A stretch of 35,091 bases of DNA, from contig NC_068987.1 of NCBI RefSeq assembly GCF_001194135.2, forward strand, positions 83,106,158 through 83,141,248. Direction: 5' to 3'. The notes under the pieces are model-generated. The model was given only the letters and a program-made list of their open reading frames with translations, was not told the DNA's origin and made no database searches. The DNA comes from Octopus bimaculoides. Taxonomy: Eukaryota. Both the position numbers and the translations under genes were made by a program. Below, piece by piece: positions 23,443 to 33,033 of this stretch (its first letter is position 1; each line of letters begins with the position of its first letter).

Positions 23443-24651
23443 TCAAGGCTGGGCTGAAAAGTTCATTGGTTGGATATGAAGGAGTGATGCTAGACCTATG
23501 AAATCTTGCATGCATTAATTTCAAATTCTTCTTATTAAAAACCGCATTATTTTTTTCCAAGTAAATTGATATCTGACTGTTCAAAGAAGACTTAAAAAAA
23601 AAAAAAAAACTAGTAGCAACTTCTCTTGAAAATGGACAAAGTTTGGCAGTGTGATGTTATCAAGTTGCTACATTAGGGGATGATGCTCCAGCTTCATCAA
23701 CAGTGCAAAAATGAGCAGCTGAATTTATGAGGGGAAGGGTGAGTTTTGAAGATGACCTAAGGTCTGGACATTTTACAAACTGCTACCATCAAAGAAAATA
23801 TTGATTGTGTTAACGACATGCTGATGGTTGACAGGCAACTGTCTATAAATCAAGTTGTCAGTGCTATTAGCATATCCCATAAAAGAGCTGAGAATATTTT
23901 GTATAATGAGCTTGGCATGCTGGTTTCTGCTTGGTGGGTGCCATATCTTCTGACACCTAATCAAAAGCACACTTGACTGATCACATCATAGGAAAATCTG
24001 TCATTGTTTCAGACACATCCACCTGGTTCTTTGAATGTTTCCTAACTCAGGATGAGTGTTAGGTTCATCTCTTTGAGCAAGAGACAATCCATGCAGTGGC
24101 AATACCTCTCCTCATCTTTTCCAAAGAAGGCCAAGGTCATTTCATCTGAAGGGAAGCTGACGGCCTCAGATTCTTGAGATGCAAACAAAATTGTATTTAT
24201 TGACTATCTTCAAAATGGTCACACCATCAATGGAGAGTACAATGGCAACTTCCTGAAGCATTTATGAAGGGCTTTCAAGACCAAACGGCCAGGAAAACTG
24301 ATGAAAGGGATCTAGTTTCATCAGGACAATGCCCCAGAACACAAGTCCTTGGTTACTGTGGCTTTGAACTGATCAGCCTTTCTATTCCCCTGATTTGGTC
24401 CCATCTGTCATCTATTCTCCAACTTGAGCAGACACTTGGTTGGGAACCAGTATCATAGTGATGATTGCATCATATACATTGTTGATGACTTTTTTTGACC
24501 TACAGGATTTAAGCTTCTTCATCAATGGGATCCAAACACTGCAACACCAATGGAAGAAGTGTGTGGGCAGCAAAAGGGGGTGGGGACTATGTTGGAAAAT
24601 GAATCTCATTTGGCCATGTTCCAGCTAATGCACTTTTCAGCTGATCTTTAT
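23443..24651 (+). mobile_element. Near-complete but decayed mariner transposon
   Basis: Degenerate TIRs (GCTGAAAAGTTCATT / AATGCACTTTTCAGC). Broken transposase motifs EDDLRSG, WVPYLLT, TQDE, HQDNAP, YSPDLVPS, IQTLQHQWKKCV, DYV, with many stops and frameshifts. Confidence 0.9.
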
Positions 24652-24705
24652 AAATCTTGATTACAAGCAAGCAGTTTCTCCAGAATTTCATGTTACTAAA
24701 TTTGA

Positions 24706-24706
<1 letters not shown>

Positions 24707-24756
<50 letters not shown>

Positions 24757-25165
24757 GTTTAACGTCCGCTTTCCATGCTAACATGGGTTGGACGATTTGA
24801 CTGAGGACTGGCGAACCAGATGGCTGCACCAGGCTCCAATCTGATCTGGCAGAGTTTCTACAGCTGGATGCCCTTCCTAATGCCAACCACTCCGAGAGTT
24901 TAGTGGGTGCTTTTACGTGCTACCAGCATGAAGGCCAGTTAGATGGTACTGGCAACGGCCACGCTCAAAATGGTGTTTTTTACGTGCCACCTGCACAGGA
25001 ACCAGTCCAGCGGCACTGGCAACGACCTCACTCAAATGTTTTCTAACGTTGTGCCAGTAAGGCAACGCTGGTAATGATCACACTCAAATGGTGCTATTTA
25101 CATGCCACTAGCACGGAAGCCAGACAGCTGCTCTGGCAATGGTCATGCTCGGACGGTGCTGCTAA
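24707..25165 (-). mobile_element. Family D copy with a long (CAT)n tail
   Basis: (CAT)n at about 24707-24756, then CGTTTAACGTCCGCTTTCCATGC, with internal ~50-bp repeats. Confidence 0.85.
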
Positions 25166-25362
25166 TGATTAGAAATGAATAATTGTGAGGTTAAGAAGCC
25201 CACTTCACAACCACGCAGCTCAATCACAGTGTGTAATTCATATGCCATTTTATAGTCTTATTTTATAGGCTTCAATTATTTTCAGGCAAGATTAAATATT
25301 CAAATAAAAAATTTCTTCAACTTTTTACCATTAACATTCTTTTTTTTTTTTTCTTTCTCCAG

Positions 25363-26020
25363 CGGATTAAAACCCACTCTACAACAAATTCATCAACATC
25401 TATAAAAGAATTCCAACTGGACCATGGCAGACACACAGTAAAACAAGACGTTTCTAGTTCCAAGAAGTCACAAAGCTCTCGTCCCGAAAGCCAAAACTCA
25501 AAAATATCTAAATCAGCCAATTGTATCACGACTGATCACACCAGGACAGATATTTTAGTCCATGAAAGTCTCACCAATGTAGACGATTCCTCATCTCAAG
25601 GCACTAATCTCCAAGAATATGATTATAAAAATAGAGATTGCGTTTTCTCTATGCCAGACTGTGTTGATAATAATACATTCTCACAACTGAACAAAGAATT
25701 ACTTCCTACTGCCAATACATCCAAAAAACTTGGAACATCATCAAAATACCAATATAAAGGTTTAGCTCCTGAAGAATTGACAGACCCCACCTTATCTAAT
25801 ACTGCTAGGTGTTCAAGTAAAGTTCCAGTCAGCCATGCTTATTTTGACAATTTGCAAAGGAAGGTGTTTGGCAGATCTTCTGTTCCTTCAAGAAAGAAAC
25901 ATTACCAGCAAAACTTGATACAGGAAAATTCTCCAGTATCAAAAAAGCCTTTACCGAATTCTGCTTTGGAGCAGTCGGCATTTCATTCATCAGTTCTTTT
26001 TCAAGAACCTTCAGCTTCAG
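25363..26020 (+). CDS. TERB1: TERB1 large S/T/N/K-rich linker exon (phase 0-1; alternative donor at 26080)
   Basis: T-rich tract then CCAG|CGG. The frame is open from 25363 to TAG at 26089-26091 and includes ORF 25651-26091 (RIKTHSTTNSSTSIKEF...). Best donor is CAG|GTGGAA at 26020; AAT|GTAGAA at 26080 is also phase 1. Both fit the next exon. Confidence 0.75.
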
Positions 26021-26137
26021 GTGGAAAGACTGGAGAAATGTGGTCAACTGCAGAAAACCAGTCAAGCTTCAAAAAGAAATGTAGAACCTAGTTTATTTGT
26101 ATTTTCATTTTAACATCTATAGTTGAAATGTATTATA

Positions 26138-26214
26138 CAGGGTGTCCACAAATTATCTTTACAATTTGGTATTTAAAAACATTGAGGTTGTAAAGATAAT
26201 TTAAGGACATTGTG
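26138..26214. mobile_element. Tiny Tc1/mariner-type MITE (77 bp hairpin)
   Basis: 27-bp TIRs matching at 22/27 (CAGGGTGTCCACAAATTATCTTTACAA), 23-bp spacer, TA on the left flank. Confidence 0.7.
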
Positions 26215-26327
26215 TGTTTCTTATTCCAGCTTTACATCGTGGCTTTCACTCAATTTTGATTAAACTTAGAGAAACACTAAATGCTTGTGAAAGTAATTTT
26301 GATTACATTAAAATATATACAGGCATA

Positions 26328-26926
26328 TCTCAGCTTAAGTTGTTCTCGATTATACGTCGGTTTAAAAAAAATAATATATGGAAAAATAAAAATCACGTTC
26401 GACTTTACATCTGTCTACCACAAATATTGGAATCGTAAAATCACTAGAAAACTGCTAAAAGCACATAAAATCATGTAACTGCACAATAAGAATAAAAGCA
26501 TATAAAATCATATTAAAATACGTACAGCAAATATTAAGATCCACACCATAAAGTAGTGTAGCTTAGTGAACGAAATCATGTCTTATTTTTCGGTCTTTTG
26601 GAACTCATATTGCACTGTAGTTCCAGTATCTACCGTTAGGTGGCATTGTCACTTATGATTGCCGTGATTGTTTTGAATTCAGATTTGTTTATGTCTGTTT
26701 ATCGGCTACTTTCTCATTTTCATTAATTTGTGAGGTTATTTTTTTGCCCCCATGGCTTCATAGTGAAAGTGTTAAGCATCATGTTATAATGGTGGAAGAT
26801 AAACTGGCTATGATAAAACGCCATGGAAAAGGTGCAAAACTGGTAGCAATTGCATGATCTTTTGGGATGAGTCGGACAACTGTATCGACAATTGTACATA
26901 ATAAGGACAAGATTTTAGGACATATC
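26328..26926 (+). mobile_element. Tigger/pogo-like transposon 5' fragment
   Basis: TA-CAGGCATATCTC start resembles a Tigger TIR. 26780-26926 encodes EDKLAMIKRHGKGAKLVAIA*SFGMSRTTVSTIVHNKDKI, a CENP-B/Tigger N-terminal HTH with a stop. Cut by a SINE. Confidence 0.8.
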
Positions 26927-26927
26927 C

Positions 26928-27144
26928 GGCGCAGGAGTGGCTGTGTGGTAAGTAGCTTGCTTACCAGCTACATGGTTCCGGGTTCAGTCCCACTGCATGG
27001 CATCTTGGGCTAGTGTCTCGGGCCAACCAAAGCCTTGTGAGTGGATTTGGTAGACGGAAACTGAAAGAAGCCCATCGTATATATATATATATATGTATAT
27101 GTGTGTTTGTGTGTCTGTGTTTGTCCCCCTAGCATTGCTTGACA
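26928..27144 (+). mobile_element. SINE family A, 5' half
   Basis: Consensus head at 26928. Confidence 0.9.
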
Positions 27145-27181
<37 letters not shown>

Positions 27182-27902
27182 NNNNNNNNNNNNNNNNNNN
27201 NNNNNNNNNNNNNNNNNNNNNNNNNNNNNNNNNNNNNNNNNNNNNNNNNNNNNNNNNNNNNNNNNNNNNNNNNNNNNNNNNNNNNNNNNNNNNNNNNNNN
27301 NNNNNNNNNNNNNNNNNNNNNNNNNNNNNNNNNNNNNNNNNNNNNNNNNNNNNNNNNNNNNNNNNNNNNNNNNNNNNNNNNNNNNNNNNNNNNNNNNNNN
27401 NNNNNNNNNNNNNNNNNNNNNNNNNNNNNNNNNNNNNNNNNNNNNNNNNNNNNNNNNNNNNNNNNNNNNNNNNNNNNNNNNNNNNNNNNNNNNNNNNNNN
27501 NNNNNNNNNNNNNNNNNNNNNNNNNNNNNNNNNNNNNNNNNNNNNNNNNNNNNNNNNNNNNNNNNNNNNNNNNNNNNNNNNNNNNNNNNNNNNNNNNNNN
27601 NNNNNNNNNNNNNNNNNNNNNNNNNNNNNNNNNNNNNNNNNNNNNNNNNNNNNNNNNNNNNNNNNNNNNNNNNNNNNNNNNNNNNNNNNNNNNNNNNNNN
27701 NNNNNNNNNNNNNNNNNNNNNNNNNNNNNNNNNNNNNNNNNNNNNNNNNNNNNNNNNNNNNNNNNNNNNNNNNNNNNNNNNNNNNNNNNNNNNNNNNNNN
27801 NNNNNNNNNNNNNNNNNNNNNNNNNNNNNNNNNNNNNNNNNNNNNNNNNNNNNNNNNNNNNNNNNNNNNNNNNNNNNNNNNNNNNNNNNNNNNNNNNNNN
27901 NN

Positions 27903-27948
<46 letters not shown>

Positions 27949-28369
27949 AATGAGTGAGAAACCTCTTAAGGGTTATCAAACCTGCCTTATGGTAATGTTG
28001 GTTTTTATCCCCATCTTAGAGATGAGTACCAACGTTATATATATGATACATGTGTGTGTGATAGGCAAGTGTCTTCTACTATGGCCTCGGGCCGACAATT
28101 TGGTGTGCATTCAAAGCAATGATTAGTAACATTACGAAATGATTAGTAGTAGCAATGATTAGTAACATTATGAAACTGGTATGCTTTTGAATCTCTTTAA
28201 CAATTCACAATAATGACTTTTATTACTTTTATTCCTACCTTAGTTCATCTAATTGTATATGTCAATCGTTACTTTTCATAAAAAGCCTTTACTTTTTTTG
28301 ATTTCCTATGTGCATTTTCGCTTATTTTTCTTCTTACTTTCCCCTATATATATGTATATATATATATAT

Positions 28370-28576
28370 CATCATCATCATCATCATTTGACATCCGCTT
28401 TCCATGCTAGCATGGTTTGGACGATTTCACTGAGGACTGGCGAACCAGATGGTTGCACCAGGCTCCAATCTGATCTGGCAGAGTTTCTACAGCTGGATGC
28501 CCTTCCTAATGCCAACTACTCCGAGAGTGTAATGGGTGCTTTACGTGCCACCGGCACGAAGGCCAGCCCGGCGGTA
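28370..28576 (-). mobile_element. Family D 3' part
   Basis: (CAT)n followed by the reverse-complement tail. Confidence 0.85.
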
Positions 28577-28758
28577 GGTGTAGGAGTGGCTGTGTGGTAA
28601 GTAGCTTGTTTACGAACCACGTGGTTCCGGGTTCAGTCCCACTGCGTGGCACATTGAGCAAGTGTCTTCTACTATAGCCGCAGGCCGACCAAAGCCTTGT
28701 GAGTGGATTTGGTAAATGGAAACTGAGGAAGCCCTTCATATATATGTATATATATATA
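28577..28758 (+). mobile_element. SINE family A, 5' half
   Basis: Consensus head abutting the family D copy. Confidence 0.9.
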
Positions 28759-29140
28759 NNNNNNNNNNNNNNNNNNNNNNNNNNNNNNNNNNNNNNNNNN
28801 NNNNNNNNNNNNNNNNNNNNNNNNNNNNNNNNNNNNNNNNNNNNNNNNNNNNNNNNNNNNNNNNNNNNNNNNNNNNNNNNNNNNNNNNNNNNNNNNNNNN
28901 NNNNNNNNNNNNNNNNNNNNNNNNNNNNNNNNNNNNNNNNNNNNNNNNNNNNNNNNNNNNNNNNNNNNNNNNNNNNNNNNNNNNNNNNNNNNNNNNNNNN
29001 NNNNNNNNNNNNNNNNNNNNNNNNNNNNNNNNNNNNNNNNNNNNNNNNNNNNNNNNNNNNNNNNNNNNNNNNNNNNNNNNNNNNNNNNNNNNNNNNNNNN
29101 NNNNNNNNNNNNNNNNNNNNNNNNNNNNNNNNNNNNNNNN

Positions 29141-29577
29141 GTAGTGGGTGCTTTTACGTGTCACCCGCACGAAGGCCAGTCAGGCGGTACTGGCAATGGC
29201 CATGCTCAAAATGGTGTATTTTATGTGCCACCTGCACAAGAGCCAGTCCAGGGGCACTGGCAACGATCTCGCTTGAAAATCCTTACACATGTCACGGGCA
29301 CAAGTGCCAGAAAGGCGACGCTGGGCACAGGTGCTATCCTGATTTCGCTATTCGCTTGCCCCAATAAGTCTTCGCAAGCTGAGTTTCGTGTCCAATGAAG
29401 GAGACGACATTGGCACAGGTGCCAGTCGTTGAATTTAGTTCGATTTCACTTGCCTCAACAAGTCTTTGCAAGCGGAATTTAGTGTCCAATTTTGGAAAGG
29501 TACGCACGAGTGGGCTGGCTACACCCCTGGCAGAGGCCTTGGATTTAGATCTCACTTGGCTTGCCGGGTCTTCTCAT
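29141..29577 (-). mobile_element. Family D, 5'-most extended copy
   Basis: Shares the internal repeats of 24707-25165 and 20330-20651, and extends further with a ~85-bp tandem duplication. Confidence 0.7.
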
Positions 29578-29689
29578 GCACAGCACATATATGTATGTAT
29601 GTATGTACATATATGTATGTATATATATATAAGTGTTTGTGTGTGAGTGTGTATATGTTTATGTGTCTTTGTTTTGATATCATTTAATA

Positions 29690-30185
29690 GTTAGAAATGG
29701 TTGTCAGTGCCATATAAGCTGTGTCATTCATTTCCAATATTCTACAAGAACTGGTTTGGCCATGGAGAAATATTACCTTGCTTTGAAGCAATTGAAGGTT
29801 GGTGACAGAAAGGGTATTTTGGCCATAGAAAATCTGCCTCAATAAATTCCATTTGATATGTGCAAGTATGGGAAGGTGGCCATTAAACCAATGATGATGA
29901 AGTAATTTCTGCAAAAAAACATAGATTATCTAGAGATGATAATGCCTATTTCTTGGTAAGAAACTGAAATTATTATTATTCCTGAAAGTTGGTACTTGTG
30001 CCATGTAAAAAGCACCCAGAACTCTCAGTAAAAAGTTGGTGTTAGGAAAGGCATGCAACTACAGAAGCCTTGCCGAAACAGACTATGGAACCTCATGCAG
30101 CCCCTGACCTTGTCGGCTCCAGTGAAACCATCCAACTCATGCCAGCATGGAGAATGGACATTAGAAGTTGATGATGTTGATGATG
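29690..30185 (+). mobile_element. Two diverged family D copies (~29690-29920, ~29990-30185)
   Basis: Conserved tail ending (GAT)n. Confidence 0.7.
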
Positions 30186-30261
30186 AAATTTATAGATATT
30201 TATAAATATTTTAAACTAATTCAATTCAGCTGAAATAACATCTGTTTGTCTTATTTTCAAG

Positions 30262-30518
30262 CTGGAAATGCTCCAGCTTCTTGCGGAAATCGGTTACTCA
30301 CAAGCCGCAATTACAATAGGATTCTTGAAACTGATCCTCAGACTTGCCCTTTCCATCGTCAACTCAGGCAACTTGAAAGAGACTTCATCAAAAATCTCGC
30401 AAAGACCAATAAGAAAAACACAGTTACCTATTCCTATATTCATCAAGAAATTCCAGTTAGTTCTCCTAAATCATGTAGTGGAAATGTTTATGATTTTATT
30501 TTAACACCAGTCAAACAG
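30262..30518 (+). CDS. TERB1: TERB1 TERB2-/TRF-binding region exon (phase 1-0, 257 nt)
   Basis: TTTTCAAG|CT acceptor; CAG|GTAAGT donor. LLTSRNYNRILETDPQTCPFHRQLRQLERDF...FILTPVKQ resembles human LNSRNFSKLLHSCPYQCDRHKVIVEAEDRY...ILLTPRRR. Lies inside ORF 30246-30530. Confidence 0.9.
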
Positions 30519-31439
30519 GTAAGTCATTAAGCGTTTTTCATTTACACATTTTGATTAAGATTGTAGCCCACTCTCTTCAGTATACACAGAATATATGCAT
30601 ACTCTTGCATCTTGTCACCTCCATCTCTACCTTTTTTCCAGCTACTTCCGCCCACCCTTATATAATACAGTGTTATCATGTATTTCCTCTATATATAAAA
30701 ATGAAAACAAAAAAATAGAACAAGAACATAAAAGGAGACACAAAAACATCCAGACAGATGATACAAAAAAGGGACAGGAAAAAACAAGGATGGGTCATTC
30801 GGAGCTTCCTATCCTCAGACGAGTACCAGATTATCTTAACAGTTTTGGCTGGTTACACTCGAGACTGCTTCAATCTGGCCGGCCCCAAGAAAATCTAAGC
30901 TAAGAGCGCTAGACTCCTTGGAATAAAGCAAGTGAATTTATATGAAAACGAAGATGTAAACAATGGAGAAATAGTACACAATTACAAATACAAACAACAG
31001 GACATTAACAACATCTGTCTTTCGACTAAGGACAAATCAAATTAAGCTGGCGTATGTGGAAGTGAAGCCTTACGGCAGGGACATAAGAGATGAAAGTCGT
31101 GGGAAGGAATATAAGAGAGGTTACTTGGATGATAGTCAAACCAAGAAAGAAAGGTCAGGCTTGGCAGAACACCGGTCATGTCGAAGCAGAGGGATTGAAG
31201 AATTAGGGAGGGACGAGAAAGAGAGGAAAAAAAAGGAAAGGGACAGAGTGAGGGAAAGTGAAAATGAAGGGAAGGCCATAGCATGACACCTTTGCTCGTC
31301 CCTCTATCATTCTTTAGCCTTTCAACACTTGGCATAACCCTGTCATCTTAATTACTTGTTCCACCTCCTACTCTACTTACTTAGTTGAGAAGGCTTTTTA
31401 TCTTTTGTCTGTTCTTTTCTCGTCTTGTATGTTACTCAG

Positions 31440-31660
31440 TGGCTTTAACAGTGGCATGAAAAATGCACCACTTTCCACTACCCAGAGCACTCACTAAAGT
31501 GGTTGGCATTAGGAAGGGCATTGAACCACAGAAACTATACTGAAGCTGACGGTGAATCTCTCGGTGCAGCCCTGGGGTATGCCTGATCCTTGCAAACCGT
31601 CCAACCCAGGTCAACATTGAAATCAAACATTAAATGATGATGATGATGATGATGATGAAG
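31440..31660 (+). mobile_element. Family D copy
   Basis: GTGGTTGGCATTAGGAAGGGCAT...CATTAAATGATGATG. Confidence 0.75.
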
Positions 31661-31795
31661 GTAATGATAAAAGGGATGCACAGCTTTTAAGTTGTCACAG
31701 CAGATCGATCTAACCCATGTCAGTTTAAAAGACTAACACTGAACTTGTTAGGATAACTGATTGTTTTGTAGATGTTTGCTCGTATTCTTTTACAG

Positions 31796-31873
31796 AACAT
31801 CACTCCACCAAATCACCGCTCCCCTTTTTTATTAAAACGCAATGGCGACCAACGTAAAAGGAAAAAGCGCTAA
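31796..31873 (+). CDS. TERB1: TERB1 terminal exon, coding part up to the in-frame TAA
   Basis: TTCTTTTACAG|AAC acceptor, phase 0, matching the 30518 donor. Reads NITPPNHRSPFLLKRNGDQRKRKKR then TAA at 31871-31873. Confidence 0.8.
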   Translation, partial: NITPPNHRSPFLLKRNGDQRKRKKR

Positions 31874-32044
31874 GATTACTCAAAGGAAGAAGTTGAATAT
31901 TTAAAAGATGGTGTGCTTAAAATGGGCCGGTCTTGGAAACAGATACGATATGCTTATCCGTTTCACCCATCAAGAACAGCCATAGACCTCCACAATAAAT
32001 ACAAACAAATTGGGGTAGGACATTTTTATGTAGTTTTGATATAA
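31874..32044 (+). other. TERB1: TERB1 Myb/telobox domain coding sequence, in frame but downstream of a TAA
   Basis: DYSKEEVEYLKDGVLKMGRSWKQIRYAYPFHPSRTAIDLHNKYKQIG(VGHFYVVLI*) resembles human NFTEEEVNYLFNGVKKMGNHWNSILWSFPFQQGRKAVDLAHKYHKL. 56 open codons to TAA 32042-32044; possible donor GGG|GTAGGA at 32014. Confidence 0.9.
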
Positions 32045-32218
32045 TTGTATTTTATAATGACATAGGTTATCTGCTAACGATGTATATAGGTGCAGGCATG
32101 GCTGTGTGGTTAAGAAGCTTGCTTCTCGTCCAAGTGGTTTTGGGTTCAATCCCACTCATAGCCAACCAAAATTATATGATTGGATTTAGTAGATGGAACC
32201 AGAAAAAGACTTGTGTGC

Positions 32219-32247
<29 letters not shown>

Positions 32248-32250
<3 letters not shown>

Positions 32251-32617
32251 GGTGGCAATAAAGTCACTATACAGTTACTTAGAATGACAATTTAAGACAA
32301 AGTAATTAATTGACTTTGGATAGTTAGATGCGGAATCTCTGAAGCCCAGTAAGTGCAATTGTGTCTGTTTGCACTTCCAGATAACTTGAATTATGCTTCG
32401 TCAGACCACACTATCTTATTGAATGGAGTAGGTGTAACTTCACAATGATTAACGAAGATTTTGCAGAACTGTAAACGGCGGTCTCCATTATCTTCAGTTA
32501 ATCCATGAAAGAGTTGTGGTATGTAAGGCTTGTAGTTAAATTATTTCATCATTATCTGAAGCGATCTTCTATTTATGCCCAAGTCCAGAGCATGGTGTCT
32601 TGTTGATTTACGAGGAC
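32248..32617 (-). mobile_element. Internally deleted Tc1/mariner-superfamily transposon fragment
   Basis: Minus strand reads SPRKSTRHHALDLGI...YKPYIPQLFHGL...DRRLQFC...[23 protein letters not shown], the first catalytic D motif. TIR-like CAGGGTGGCAATAAAGTC at 32248. Confidence 0.8.
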
Positions 32618-33033
32618 TTTGTATGTTTATACATGTATTAACATACAAGTGTATACATGCTTGTGCATGCACATGTATGGGTATATTTACATTTTTGGCT
32701 GCTTAACATGCAGGCTGTTTGAAAACCATACATTATTTGTAAGGTTTTTCTACAAATATTCTATAGAACTTATAACAAGCACTGATTTTTTGCTACAATG
32801 TTTCGTATCAAGACATCAGATGTAAACAATGTGATCAGAGACAAAAGTGGGTAATGAGTGTATATGCCATATTTTGGGGGTTGTTGCCCCTTTGTCAGCA
32901 CTCATCTAACCCATTCTTACCTCCAAACACATTGCTTATATACTCACCACATACAGCAGTGTTAAGTTATTGGATATACCAATTTACATATTAGACGCAT
33001 TCCTGGAGCTGGTACACGAAGACTAATGATCTG

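Larger units (their letters stand above)
6648..32044 (+). other. TERB1: TERB1 (telomere repeat-binding bouquet formation protein 1) gene, partial span; 5' exons not visible
   Basis: Five exons with matching splice phases translate to segments colinear with my recollection of vertebrate TERB1: ARM repeats, linker, C/H cluster plus LxP motif, C-terminal Myb. Comparison is from memory, not a database search. Confidence 0.9.

Noticed and set aside
26230-26294. Phase 1-1 candidate exon (ALHRGFHSILIKLRETLNACE)
   Set aside because: No homology, and it lies between a MITE and a Tigger fossil; it cannot be supported without RNA data.
30640-31300. Purine-rich block with ORFs 30595-30903 and 31056-31286, possibly a Penelope-like terminus (similar impression at 34930-35091)
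   Set aside because: No RT or GIY-YIG motifs and no intact hammerhead core; I cannot classify it from the sequence alone.
31853-31874. GT...AG 21-nt micro-intron (31854-31874) or TAAG|AT acceptor that would bypass the TAA
   Set aside because: 21 nt is far too short for a spliceosomal intron. The AG has a purine-rich upstream context with no polypyrimidine tract and is phase 1, so it would require skipping the 30262-30518 exon.
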